Virus record (IMG/VR): IMGVR_UViG_3300021088_000001
Coordinates: 13,272-77,271 of that record
DNA from: a virus
DNA: 64,000 nt
Reading direction: 5' to 3' (one strand)
Positions 48,085 through 59,759 of this stretch are shown piece by piece (position 1 is the first letter of the stretch; each line of letters starts with the position of its first letter). The position numbers and the translations under genes were made by a program. The notes beneath the pieces were generated by a model, which saw only the letters and a list, made by a program, of their open reading frames with translations, did not search any database and was not told the DNA's origin.

Positions 48085-50170
48085 TTGGAGTTAATTATGC
48101 AAACACACGGCTTGACTCACTATCTTGTAAAATGGGAGATTGATGTATGGGCATATGACCCAACTAGCGCGGCAATTGAGGCTCTTCAGATTCAACGTGA
48201 TGCAGACTCAAGCGCTACAGTATTTGAAGTAGTGACAGGTAACACAAGTGTCGCTGTTGATTTGGAGGGCTATGTATAAACTTCGATTCCTAAATGGCCT
48301 ATGGCGCGTGCTATCTGTCACAAGTGACAGGATTCAATTTTCTAGTGCTAGTCGAAAGACGGCAAGAGAATGGCTAGATGCTAATGAGCCATTACCAATG
48401 ACTGCGCATGATATTCTTAACAAAGAAATTGGTTATAATATTTGGAGTAAGCCTGTATGAAAATCATTTGTTCGGCGTTTAGAGAAAAATGTAATTCTAG
48501 TGCAAATGCCTTGTGCACAGCTGATTTGATTCAGTTATTCGCCGATGAATACCAAGCGAGTGTTGAACTGTGTATTGGGCATTATTGTGGGAAGAAAGAA
48601 ATTTCACTGATTATCACAAATCTAACTGAAGTTAGATTATCTTGCGCAGCCAAGGAAATTTGCAAGAAATTTCATCAAGAATATTGCTATTGCGAAGTCA
48701 ATGGAGATAGCTATATTTATTGGGCAGATAAAGAGATTGTGCAAGGGCTCGGCAAAGAATATATAGGCCCCGATAACGGTTATCAAGGCAACAGAACAGA
48801 GCTACTAGACGGCAGAATTATTTATTGCGCATAGGCTTGACAAGGAATAGTCAATAGCCTATATTGAAGCATCACAACACACTTTGAAAGAATCGAATGT
48901 TCTCACTCTTTAATAACCTAGCACCCTATGTTGTCAGGAATGACCAATTCTCTAAACAGCATCATTGCTGGACATACCAGAGTGCCCTAGAATGGCTTAA
49001 ATGCTACGATAGCACTGTTTTCGGGCAAACGTGCATACACACATCTAATGGCGAACTAATCGCCTCTAAGGAGCATTAAATGAGCTTGAGTGATGAAATC
49101 AGGTATGATGCAGAGCGTGTTAAGATTTCTACAATTGGTGTTGAAAATATGTCTGATGATGTTTTCAAAGTGCTATGTAGCTATAAGGCTCTAGGTTTAA
49201 ATGTCAAAGAATATCTGTGTGAGATGACACTAAGTCAATTGCAACTACTCATGCTCTTTGTTGCAGAAGCTGAAGAGTCATGCTAATCCACGCAATGCCA
49301 AATTTCATTGACTTCGCCTCTGCAATGCGCTATTATGCAGCTATGGGATTTACAAAGGATGATGTGCAGAATAAAATCATCCTGCGAGAAATCTACATTG
49401 GCAAGCCTTCAATGCCGAAAGACGGATTCATTACGTTAAACAAAGCTGGACAATATGAGGTGTGTTATAATGAAGCATGACAAAGATAATGACATTTCCA
49501 TTAGCATCAAGGGAAATTCTGTGCAAAGTAACTCTGGTGCAATTCAGTCAGAGCGCCGGATTGTGAAACTTAGGAAAGAGCGGGAATATACAGAAAGCCA
49601 AGGGAAGAGATGGAAACGTACAGATAAGCGTCAACAATTTAATGAGGATGAATAACATGACAATTGCAGATGTGAGAGATGCTTTTAGCGAGTGGTATTT
49701 TAAGCGATATCATGTTGCGCCAGATTTGACAGACACAAAGGATAAAAGCTTGTATGCAGCATATTTAGCTGGATGCTCATTGATTATCAATAACATTGAC
49801 AAGATTGGAGCATAGTATGATAGAATGCATTTGGCTAGTGTTTGTTATTTGCACAGCGCAATTGTTGTATGCGTTAAATATCTTGCGGACAAGTAAGGTA
49901 GGGCCATTTGAATGGGAAGCTGTGCGAGATGCATTAGCAATTTCACAAATTGCATTTCCATTGTTTATTGTTTCACTTCTTTCATTAGTGATTTATTACA
50001 TTTGGGGTTAAAATGTTGCATAAGAATTTCAAAGTGTTTGTTCCGGCTGATGTACGTGAGAAATTACATGCATTAGCTGAATTAGGAATTGATTTTATTA
50101 ATGATGCAGCCCGTGAGAAGTTGGCTAGCGCAGAGGATGTGCATGTTATCGTGAGAAATACGCCAAGGAT
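48085..50170 (+). CDS. Cluster of about 10 tiny early genes (48085-48279, 48248-48460, 48457-48834, 48897-49079, 49080-49286, 49280-49480, 49455-49655, 49796-50011 and others)
   Basis: Densely packed short ORFs with RBSs; promoter TTGACA-17-TATATT at 48837-48865. Confidence 0.55.
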
Positions 50171-50179
50171 TTATATTGC

Positions 50180-50208
50180 TTGACAATTAGTGTAGATGAT
50201 TTTATGCT
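50180..50208 (+). promoter_or_regulatory. Early promoter
   Basis: TTGACA-17-TATGCT. Confidence 0.7.
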
Positions 50209-50252
50209 TATGTCTAATCAAGAAATTATTGACAATGTTACATTGAAAAGGA

Positions 50253-50684
50253 ATGTGTGAAATGTCTAACCAAATTAGCAATACAGATGATGTGATTGAT
50301 AGCCGCGATGTTATTCGGCGGATAGAGGAGCTTGAAGAGGAGTTGACAGCTTTGCAAGGTGTATATGACGATACAGATTCCAGAGAAGCCCAAACTGATG
50401 TCGAAACATGGTTAAATGATAACAATGAAGAGTTGCAAACATTAAAGGCTCTTGCTGAAGAGTGCAAAGGCTATGGCGATTGGGAACACGGAGAAACATT
50501 GATACATCGTGATTATTTTGTCAAGTATATCGAGGAACTTATTGATGATTGTTATAGACTACCTAAGCAAGATGGATGGCCTTATTACCATTTGATAATG
50601 GATTATGAAGCTGCTGCTAGGGAAGCTGAGCAGGGTTATAATTGTGTGGAGTTTGATGGACAGGAATACTTGATTAGGGCTTAG
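50253..50684 (+). CDS. Acidic antirestriction (ArdA-like DNA mimic) protein
   Basis: Very Asp/Glu-rich; DVIDSRD..DYEAAARE..EFDGQEY. Confidence 0.6.
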   Translation: MCEMSNQISNTDDVIDSRDVIRRIEELEEELTALQGVYDDTDSREAQTDVETWLNDNNEELQTLKALAEECKGYGDWEHGETLIHRDYFVKYIEELIDDCYRLPKQDGWPYYHLIMDYEAAAREAEQGYNCVEFDGQEYLIRA

Positions 50685-50912
50685 GACTCGAATACAAGCT
50701 CTAGGCTGCGTTAATTCAGGTGAGTTGATAGCAGCCTAGCCAGAATTGTTTAAATTGATTGTAGGGGCGTTATAAGGCTTCTAATTGGATGTGACGAATA
50801 ATTGCAAAATATAGGCCTTTTATGAAATTTCTAGTCATTTATGGGCCTATTTCTTTCATAAAACAAAATTAGATGGGTTAAGTGCTTGATTACAATAAGG
50901 AATTCAGGAATG

Positions 50913-50941
50913 TTGACAAATGGGTTTCTTTGTGTTACTAT
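50913..50941 (+). promoter_or_regulatory. Promoter upstream of a long non-coding hairpin
   Basis: TTGACA-17-TACTAT with extended TG. Confidence 0.75.
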
Positions 50942-51020
50942 TTGTTTGAGCTTAAAAGTGCTTGGGCAGAGTCGAACAAAGTAACTCACCAGTCAAGACT
51001 AACATACATGTGGACGCATG

Positions 51021-51151
51021 TTGATAGGGCTAATATGACAGGATTAGTTATTGACCTGATCTCCTTTTCTTTCCCTGTCAGACCTAGTGCAAGAGCGGCT
51101 GGGCATGGGGAAGAGGATGGGGCGAGTCAATAAGTAATCTAGCCATATCAG
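51021..51151 (+). ncRNA. Candidate rod-like RNA
   Basis: Nested stems TGATA/TATCA, GGCTA/TAGCC, GATTA/TAATC, TTATTGAC/GTCAATAA and pyrimidine/purine tracts. Confidence 0.5.
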
Positions 51152-51338
51152 CCTAATATAATAACAACGTTGCTTTAAAACTACCAAATACCTTAGTCAA
51201 GACATTAGAAGAAAATAGAAGCTTTAGATGTATGTATTGCTTAATGTAATCTAGGTATAAGATAACCTAAAAGGTGTTGTCTTTGATTTATTGTACAATG
51301 CTTTGTTTGTAGCTTCGTGCCATCAGTGAAGGGATTGT

Positions 51339-51542
51339 ATGCGACAGGTATATTTAGTTTCAGGAAAAGCAAATAAAGGCGTCTCCCATTTATGGAATGG
51401 TGTTGATGATGCTTATTGCAAGATTTACACTAAAGGCGGTATGATTAAGAGTGATGCCAAATTGCAAGAAGTACCAAGAGAGAATATCTGTGCTAATTGT
51501 ATACGAGGATTAGATATATTGAAATATCAAGGATTAGAATAA
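51339..51542 (+). CDS. Small His/Cys protein (possible Zn binding)
   Basis: HLW..C..CANC. Confidence 0.6.
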   Translation: MRQVYLVSGKANKGVSHLWNGVDDAYCKIYTKGGMIKSDAKLQEVPRENICANCIRGLDILKYQGLE

Positions 51543-51545
51543 CAT

Positions 51546-51569
51546 GCCAGCCTTCGTGCTGGCTTTTTT
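51546..51569 (+). terminator. Terminator
   Basis: GCCAGC..GCTGGC TTTTTT. Confidence 0.8.
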
Positions 51570-51790
51570 ACGTCCATTGCTTTTGTGTTGTATAATTGCA
51601 ACATATGTGATTGTAACATATTAGGGTAGCGTCATATTGAAATATATTTCTTAAAATAGCTTGCACTCGGCAGGCTTTGTGTGTAAGATGAAGCTATCTA
51701 AACGGAGGACATCATGATTAAACATTCAACATACATTCAGCATGGTGACAGCGCTAAACGTGAATTTAAAATTTGTACAGGGGAAAGCAA

Positions 51791-52288
51791 ATGACTGCTA
51801 ATTTTACGCCCGAGCATTTCCAACGGGCAAGACACAATCTGTCAATGTTTGTTATTAGGCAAACTGAAAAGATGTCTAAGCAAGTAGGATTTGGATATGT
51901 AGATTGTGATGTTGCATATGATGATTATCCTTCGTTGTGCGCAGCCTTCGCAGAGTCAAAGCGTACAGGATTGCCATTGAAAGTTTGGAGCAGTGGTAGT
52001 GAGAATACGATATACACTTCGTGTGGCGCTAATTATGCATTTAGGTTTTGGCATAACTGTTTGCATGCGCAGTTTGGCATAAGCTTCGATTTAGTAGGGG
52101 AATGTGTTATAGCTGGCATGCATGTGACAGCGGTTGCAGAAGAGTTTGGTATGCACAGCCTTGAGCGGCTTATGATGGAAGCTGACACTAGACAGCAGAG
52201 TATCTTTGCATTCAAGCATAGTGACCACTTTCCTGATAACCAATTACAATTTGTGACAGATTATGTGCAAGCAAATTATTTGAAATAA
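51791..52288 (+). CDS. Conserved hypothetical early protein
   Basis: NYAFRFWH..H..F...GE motif; promoter TTGCAC-17-TAAGAT at 51661-51689. Confidence 0.65.
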   Translation: MTANFTPEHFQRARHNLSMFVIRQTEKMSKQVGFGYVDCDVAYDDYPSLCAAFAESKRTGLPLKVWSSGSENTIYTSCGANYAFRFWHNCLHAQFGISFDLVGECVIAGMHVTAVAEEFGMHSLERLMMEADTRQQSIFAFKHSDHFPDNQLQFVTDYVQANYLK

Positions 52289-52571
52289 TGGTTTGCATGT
52301 TTGGCTGAATGTGCTATAGTGAATTCATGGCAGACGCATTGTGTGAATGCTGAATAAACGGAGCTGAAAATGAATTATACGCAATTTGATACAGAGGAAG
52401 ATGCAGAATTTGCAGTAATTGAACTTGGCAACGAAGGGTTTTATGCTTATTGGAAGTTGCTTTCAGATGGTTTCTACAGAGTATATTGGAGCTGAGAATG
52501 TTCTCAATCATTCTTGTAACAACAGCAATTGAGTTTTTTCTGTATGTTAAATTGAACATGGGGAGCTAATC

Positions 52572-52715
52572 ATGCAAGCTGTAACTAGTTCAAGCCAGCC
52601 TACGAAAGAACAGGCTAGGCAATGGCTTCAAGAACGTGCTAAGGCACATAATACACCTTTGCCGAGTATTGCAGAGATTCGTAGGCAATTGGGCTGGAAA
52701 CTTATTAATCAATAG
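52572..52715 (+). CDS. 47-aa protein (not in ORF track)
   Basis: GGGAG RBS; PTKEQARQWLQER..PLPSIAEIRRQLGW. Confidence 0.65.
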   Translation: MQAVTSSSQPTKEQARQWLQERAKAHNTPLPSIAEIRRQLGWKLINQ

Positions 52716-52722
52716 GCTAAAT

Positions 52723-52959
52723 ATGTCTAAAATCAAATACATTTATTCTCATGACATCTCAATGGGCAGATTTGAGATTAAAATCGACCCAACTGCTGGC
52801 TATGGGTACTTTCAACATAAAGAGTATGCAGATTATTCTGGTGCATTGTGGTTTTCAGGTAAGATTCTTGATGATTACGACGGTATTTCGTTTATTCCTA
52901 AAACTGTGGTACTCTCTTTGCGGAATAGCGGATACACTGTTGCCTCAGAGTTTGATTAA
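52723..52959 (+). CDS. Hypothetical protein
   Basis: YGYFQH..GALWF..DYDG. Confidence 0.6.
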   Translation: MSKIKYIYSHDISMGRFEIKIDPTAGYGYFQHKEYADYSGALWFSGKILDDYDGISFIPKTVVLSLRNSGYTVASEFD

Positions 52960-53012
52960 AACTTAAATGAAAGACTGTTTTTAAAATGTAACATTCTATA
53001 AAGGAAACTTTC

Positions 53013-53375
53013 ATGAAAACACCTCTCCGTATTGCCCTTGTGTTCACTATTGCTGTCGCCAGCTTTGGGCACGCTTACCTAGCCAAAGCAGAAGAGACTA
53101 GTAAAGCAGAAGTTCAAGAGTTTGAAAGCTACGTAATGGAGGGCGAGTCAGAAGAGTTGTGTTTTCATGAGGATGGTCATTGTGTGCTAGTGTCATCAGA
53201 TTTATTTGCTAATTTGCAAAATACATACAGGAAAGCAAAGAATTACGAAGAAATGTTGAGATGGTTTATTGCTAATCAAAAGGCAATGCAGAATGAGTTA
53301 GAAAAAGCACAAAAGATTGCACAGCAATGGAAAGATGAAACAGAGAAACTTAAGCGGTCGAGAAATTGTCTATAG
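53013..53375 (+). CDS. Exported protein with signal peptide and coiled coil
   Basis: MKTPLRIALVFTIAVASFGHAYLAKA signal; AAGGA RBS. Confidence 0.65.
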   Translation: MKTPLRIALVFTIAVASFGHAYLAKAEETSKAEVQEFESYVMEGESEELCFHEDGHCVLVSSDLFANLQNTYRKAKNYEEMLRWFIANQKAMQNELEKAQKIAQQWKDETEKLKRSRNCL

Positions 53376-53668
53376 TAGAAGTAGTGAATCTGTGCTACAC
53401 TAGAATTGTCAACTAGGAGAATTTCATGTCGTCACTCATCATCAAACAAGCTCTTGTGGTGTATGTCAGATTACCGAGGATTGTTCGTCGGCAGATTACA
53501 GGGTTTTATTTGAAGCATCATCGAACTGCAATAGCACATTGCTATGCTCGCTAGAATTCTTTTTGATGTGTTGCTACTGATTAGCGCCGTGGCTTACATT
53601 GGCGGAATGGTAGCTATCATTCTTGGTGCTGTCACTTTATTGCATAACTTTTTGGAGATGTATCCGAT

Positions 53669-54897
53669 ATGACACTTACATTCCAAGCTTCGACAGGCAA
53701 AGTGACAATTAAGCAATCGTCATTATATCCTAATGGAATTGTATTGACTGGCGAAGGCCTCAATGTAAAATTGTTTGTCGTCGTCTCAAGAAATAAAATC
53801 TTGAATAAAGAGAGTGCAAAACAAATGTTTTTCACGTTAGCTGATCAAGCATTGTGCTACGCCATGATTCGCTGTTATTGGGTTAAAATAGGGAAATTAC
53901 AATGAAAACAGGTGACATAGTGGTGTGTCTTAATGGTGGATTCAGTTTGTTCATTTGGGAGGGGAGGAAATATACAATTCTTGAGAGTTGGCATAAAGAT
54001 AGTATTATAGATGGCGCACGACAGGAATTTGTTTCTTTAGTCGAATTGCAGCATGTGCGAGGTGGTAATTCGTTTTATGCCGAAAGATTTCAGAAAGCTA
54101 TGCCATGAAAGCTACAGAAAGCCGATATACAGCTTATGCGACAGATAACACCATCCTCTACCAAGCTAATACAGCCCAGAGGATAGGTGATGCAGTGTTT
54201 GGGCATATCACGTGCAAACGACTGCCAGAAATAGCTTACACGTTCGATAACAGTCTTGAGAATGGATTTCCGTACACTACTTGGGACTATGACGAATGGT
54301 GGCACATTGTCGGTACAAGTCATAAGACATTTGAGGAAGCGATTTCTTGTTTTCAGGGAGAGATGAAATGACTAAACATTTGAACGTTGACGAATGCTTC
54401 GAGCGATGGGCTAAGATAGCATTTCCAATATGCTATAGGTATGAAGGATTTCCGAAGTATGATGATGGAAGTTATAAAGATGTGTCGATTAACTGTGCAT
54501 ATAGGGCATGGCATGCTTCGCTCGAATGTCATGATGGATTACATGAGGATTTGTAAATAAGTTTACATTTTGTAATACACAAGACAGCTACAATTTATTT
54601 GTGGCTTTTTGTGTTTATTTACGAAAAAGGGCTTGTAAGTCAGGAAATGTGTACTATAATGAAGTCATAGCAGCACACAACCTAACTTAAGGAAATATCA
54701 TGTCTACAATCTCTTATGACAACGGATCAATGTTTATCGATGATCATACTACAGGTGAGTTTTGGCACGTTACAGATAACTTTGCTGGCATACGTTGGCT
54801 AGAAGCTTTCTACGCTGGCACATGCAAGTTAGTTGTGTGTGATGACTTTGGTGACATTGTGCCAGCTAAGTCTAACAGATTTACAAGAATGAACTAG
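53669..54897 (+). CDS. Small early ORFs (53669-53905, 53902-54108, 54105-54371, about 54368-54556, 54700-54897)
   Basis: ATGA-coupled short ORFs; promoter with TATAAT at 54655. Confidence 0.55.
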
Positions 54898-54919
54898 AAC
54901 AAACTAGTCCACAGCAAAC

Positions 54920-54950
54920 AAAGCCACCTTAGCAGGTGGCTTTTTCTTTT
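54920..54950 (+). terminator. Terminator ending the early block
   Basis: AAAGCCACCT..AGGTGGCTTTTT. Confidence 0.85.
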
Positions 54951-54954
54951 GTGG

Positions 54955-55710
54955 CATCCACATTAAGCTGTCGGCAGATGTAGGCTTGTGGTGTGGTCTA
55001 GTGGCTTGTGTATGGCTGCTAGGTGGTATCTGGTGGACATGGCATTGTAGAGACTAACAGCCTGTCGAGCATTGACAACTGCTTAGCGAGCAACTGTGCT
55101 GGCCTTGTGTCATCAGCATGGTCATAGATAGCGCCTTATGCAGCGTAAAGCATCATCTATGGTGGTGTGCTTGGCAGTCTAGGCCATGCTATGGCGGATC
55201 ATTTGGCGAATGTGGAATGGCTGGCAAGAGAGCAATCACGTGACCTAGCGTTGACTCGTGGCGGGTGTTATGGTGGCGAGAAAGCATTCGGATTAGAAGG
55301 ATTGGAAAAGTACACTGTATAGTGTAGTTTTGTTAGATTCGAATTTCTATAATTTTCTCGCCACCATGTGTACGTCTGCCGACGATGTACGTCAAAAAGC
55401 TATCCACGCCAGATGCGACGCTTTGACAGCCAACCAAGCACTTGCTTGGTGCTACAGCCACCAATTGTCCACAAACGGCAGCCAGACGCCATTCTGAGCC
55501 AGTCTACTTAGGTGAGTGTATAAGTCTCAAAGGTTCATATGAGAACTATAACCCCATCTAGATGCCACTAGAACGGCTTCTACGGCGTCGCAGAGTTTGG
55601 AGCTATCTCACCATGCACCTAGCGCTAAAAACGCCTCTCGTGATATTTTGCCGCAGGATTGGACGGCTTGCGGCTGCCGTTTTCGGCGTTTAATCCCACG
55701 CTCGCTCTTG
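54955..55710. other. GC-richer non-coding region with nested inverted repeats
   Basis: No ORF of 60 aa or more; perfect 14-bp inverted repeat at 55270-55283/55354-55367 plus others. Confidence 0.7.
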
Positions 55711-55806
55711 CAACTTATTATGAAGGTAACTTTTAAATTTTATTTTTAAAATAAATCTTGACAAAAAGCACTATTCGTGTTAAGCTATAATTTTATATGG
55801 AAATAT

Positions 55807-56727
55807 ATGAATATAGGAGATATTTACCCAAGTAATTTATGGGGTGATATGATTGTTAGGAAGTATAAGAATAGCAGGCAAGTTACGATAGAATTTTTAG
55901 AGTCCGGCTATAAATATACCGCTCAAAAAAATAATATTATGCAAGGCCAGATAAGAGATGCACGAAGACAAGCGGATGAAGTTAAAGTTAAGGAACTTGC
56001 TAAAAAATTAACTAAAAGGGTATTCTTATATACTGTTAAAGCTTTAAGTAGTTTTGATAAGATGCACAAAAAACAACTAAGTTTTTTGAAATCTGAAACT
56101 ATTAGAGAAGAGAAATTGGAGCATCTATGGAATGTACTCTCAAAAATATACACTCATAAAGAGTACGGTGAGTACAGGGTTATTGATAAGATATCAAGTA
56201 ACAGGTATAAAATAAGATTCTTAGAGAGTGGAAATGAATACACACACACACTACCTCATTTACAAAGCAAACGGGTAACAGATATCTCAAGATACTCACA
56301 AGAAGAACTTAAAAGGAGACAGAGTCAATATGCCGCTACAAATTACTTGCAGAATAGGGAGCATAGACTAGAGCACGCCAAAGCTTATCAGAAAGCCAAC
56401 CCTGAGAAAGCTAGACTAAATAACCATCGAAGACGTGCTAAGCGATGTAACGCTGATGGCTCATACACAAAAGCTGAAGTTGACCTAATCTTTGAAAATC
56501 AAAATGGCCTGTGTACTAGCTGCAAAAAACAACTCACCCCTGAAAATAAACACCTTGACCACATTATGCCAATAGCCCTTGGTGGATCTAATTACGCCAA
56601 TAATCTCCAATGGCTCTGCCAATACTGCAACAATAGCAAGAGCGCAAAACACCCAGACGAATGGGCTGCATATATACAAACTCCTATGTTCAAGAAGCGG
56701 CTAGAGATAATGAGAAATCCCCTTTGA
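55807..56727 (+). CDS. HNH endonuclease with N-terminal DNA-binding repeats
   Basis: CTSC..HLDHIMP..GGSN..NLQWLC..CN; two IxFLESG repeats; promoter TTGACA-17-TAAGCT at 55758. Confidence 0.88.
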   Translation: MNIGDIYPSNLWGDMIVRKYKNSRQVTIEFLESGYKYTAQKNNIMQGQIRDARRQADEVKVKELAKKLTKRVFLYTVKALSSFDKMHKKQLSFLKSETIREEKLEHLWNVLSKIYTHKEYGEYRVIDKISSNRYKIRFLESGNEYTHTLPHLQSKRVTDISRYSQEELKRRQSQYAATNYLQNREHRLEHAKAYQKANPEKARLNNHRRRAKRCNADGSYTKAEVDLIFENQNGLCTSCKKQLTPENKHLDHIMPIALGGSNYANNLQWLCQYCNNSKSAKHPDEWAAYIQTPMFKKRLEIMRNPL

Positions 56728-56804
56728 TATAATTCCCAATAATAGTACCCTCATTCCCAAAAAAGAAGCATTCCAAAATTATTTTATAATAAAATTTAGA
56801 CAAC

Positions 56805-56832
56805 AAAAAGCCCCGTACTTTGTACGGGGCCT
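56805..56832 (-). terminator. Terminator at convergence
   Basis: AAAAAGCCCCGTAC..GTACGGGGC. Confidence 0.8.
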
Positions 56833-57035
56833 CTCTTGTATCGTATAATGCTACTATAATAGAATTTTATATCAAAATATGCTACTTTTGCACCTTAAAT
56901 TCTACTATTCTAGAATCCATCATAATCATTGTCAGAGTCTGGCATCCTCTGAAATTCCATATCAAAATTATAATACTCTGTGAACTCACTCCACTCACGC
57001 TCAATATCATTTTTTGTCACAGTATAGTGGCCCAT

Positions 57036-59195
57036 CTAATAACATTCATACAATGTTTGCAATATATCAAGGCCTCTACACCAGCCATCGTGGATGATGT
57101 CATACTCTAAAATATTTGTAATAAAAGGAAGCTTGTCTGCAGAGAGGTTTTGCATATAGACAACTATTCTAGCAGCCTGCTCATTACTGAGAGCTAGGCC
57201 ATCGCACACTCCCTCTACAGCATGCTGAAGGCGTGAAATTTGCTCAAAAGTATTAACTATTGCAAACATTTCAAATCCTCCTCAGTTATTACATATTTCT
57301 TAACATTCTTAACTCCGTAGAACTTAGGGGGACAATGCCTCTTGATCCACCTCTTCAGATAATTCTCCAATTGCTTCACAGCCTCTTTAGAAGCATCTGG
57401 CCAATCTCCAACATGCTCTCCTACTTCGTCATAACCCTGCTCTCCGAGATGCTCTAGAAGATGCTCGATAGACCAATGTAATTTAGGAGTGAAATCTTTC
57501 TGCTCCCCTGAGTACACTATATGTCCAACTTCTGGCTTATACAAGTCATTAATAGCTTCTTCGAGAGATTCGTAATTGAAATTCTCTTCGTCAGTACTCC
57601 AGTAGATTTTAGTCACGCTTCCTCCTTAATAATCTCCAGCGCCTTATCAGTAATCTTCCCCACAGCCTCTTTCCACGCTAGGCTATCTCCAGCGTATTCC
57701 ATATTCTTAATTGCATATACGAGTTGGAATATTGTATCTTTCACTTCCTGTGGAAGAGGTTTATCTAAGTAAGTGTTGTAGTCTACAAATTCACCTGTAG
57801 AAGATTTCTCCATATAGCCTTCGCAATTACAATTATATCTAAATAACTCACTCATTTCTTCTCCCAAGCATCATAAACAAGAACTGACAATAACATAACA
57901 CATATTGTTTTCATTGGATCTATAAGAATATCTAGGCCAAATTCGTGAAGAGTTATTCCTACTAGAATGTAATAGAACAGGTGCTTGAATGTAGTCATTA
58001 TCCGAATACTCCAGAGCTAGAGAAAGCCACAAATAGCGCCAAGAATACAAACCCAAATACGAATAGCAGCATTTTAAGTATTTTCATTAGTGTCCTCCAG
58101 TCGTCCATCTCTAAGTCCATCATAATACCCGTTATCGTAGGCTGTATCTGCTACATCTTCTAGTGCGTAATGATGGCTTCTTACAAGTTCTGCATATGTG
58201 TGATTCTGTGTCTTAATACCCCTATTTAGATACTCAATCCTCTGCACCAAAGCCAGTACAAGCCCATCTCCTACTAGATCACGCCAAGGCTCTCCATAGT
58301 GCAAAGCTCGTAAGTTAGCTCCATCTTCATGCAGCACAGTATATTTATCATCTTCTAGAATAATCTCACTCATTTCTTCCCTCCAATCTCATTAACAGCT
58401 TCCACTATAACAGCAAACACATCACTAAGCAAGAAAAGAATCCAGCACACTGCACTAAATATAACAAGGAAGCAGAGAATTGGAATAATAACTACGAGGA
58501 ATACTAGGCACTCTATAAGATGTATATACAACTTCTTGTGAGCCCTCATAACTTTCTCCCTTCAAGTTTAGCATCAAGGTACTTACTAAAATTATTTTCA
58601 GTAGAGTTTTCCTGATATTTATTCCAAGTTCGTACAACATTCTCCACAGCACGCCTAATCTCTTTGTCTATTGCCTGTCTGGCTAAGTTATCTCCGTATC
58701 CATATGCGTCATCATAATGCCCCATTATATTTTCTCCCTCAATTCAAAACTAATTCTAGGTTCTCTCTTAAAGATGTAATAATAACAATCTTCTGGAGGA
58801 ATTCCTAAGTTTTTACAGTAGCGTGCAAACATCCAGTCGCCCATTTGCTTGCGAAGATGGTTAGCTAGTTGCAATGAAGCATTTAGCATGTCTACTTTGT
58901 TCATTGTGGTTTCCTATAGTAAAATTGATTGTAATCTCTGTGGTATTCTGCTTTTCTCTTTACTACCTCTAGCCAAGCAGTGTAGTCAGCCCCTTCGATA
59001 TTAAATACCCTAACAGGGTGCCATGCAGACCATGTGTGCCAAGTGTCTAGAGGCGGCTTATCTTTTATGTTAAATCTCACAGTCCCTCCATTCGTAAATA
59101 ATATTCTGTATCTGCTTACCTGCTACAAAGATTAGAATAAGCATTCCAAAATAATGCCATCCATCTTCGAATATGAATTTTAGTATGTTAAGCAT
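57036..59195 (-). CDS. Leftward cluster of small hypothetical genes (57036-57269, 57257-57616, 57613-about 57855, 58074-58373 and others)
   Basis: GGAG RBSs and overlapping stops; promoter TTGACA-17-GATACT at about 59239-59267. Confidence 0.55.
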
Positions 59196-59290
59196 TATTC
59201 CTCCTTTAGATTTAGTGCTCGAAGTTTTAATGTCTTGAGTATCGCATACTGCGCCCATATTGTCAAGAATTATCCTCAAAAGCACAAATA

Positions 59291-59360
59291 TTGACAAACT
59301 GTTGTTTCTATGTTACAATATACGATATTTATTGACAATATTAGTCTGTCATGTTAGAAT
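59291..59360 (+). promoter_or_regulatory. Tandem sigma70 promoters
   Basis: TTGACA-17-TACAAT (59291-59319) and TTGACA-17-TAGAAT (59332-59360). Confidence 0.8.
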
Positions 59361-59414
59361 TGTGTAGAGGCATTCAATGTCCAAAATTATATTAACGGGA
59401 AAACAGGAGAAATT

Positions 59415-59648
59415 ATGAGTGAAGAACAAGTTGTAAAGACGATTACATGTGATATTGACGGTGTACTGACTGAAGTTCCAGAGGATGAACTTTATTCTTT
59501 TGTGGAGACATATGAAGATGAGAACGAGTGTATGAATGCCACTGGCTGGAAACTACGCTCTACAAAGCAAGTTGTGCAAAGAAGTGCGCATATGCAGCTC
59601 AAGAAGTGGCCTGTTGGTATGGAAGGTATGACTGCTATTTTTCAATAA
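59415..59648 (+). CDS. Hypothetical protein
   Basis: AGGAG RBS; VQRSAH motif. Confidence 0.7.
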   Translation: MSEEQVVKTITCDIDGVLTEVPEDELYSFVETYEDENECMNATGWKLRSTKQVVQRSAHMQLKKWPVGMEGMTAIFQ

Positions 59649-59759
59649 GAGGCTGAATAGGCAAGCTTGCAATTAACATTGCTAAATGTCTTGATTTGCC
59701 AAGGGCTGCTATTGCAGATTTATGGCTTAATTTAATAAATATTAACAAGGAGAAATAAG

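Noticed and set aside
50882-51133. 83-aa ORF
   Set aside because: Starts upstream of the promoter, has no RBS, and is better explained by the hairpin element
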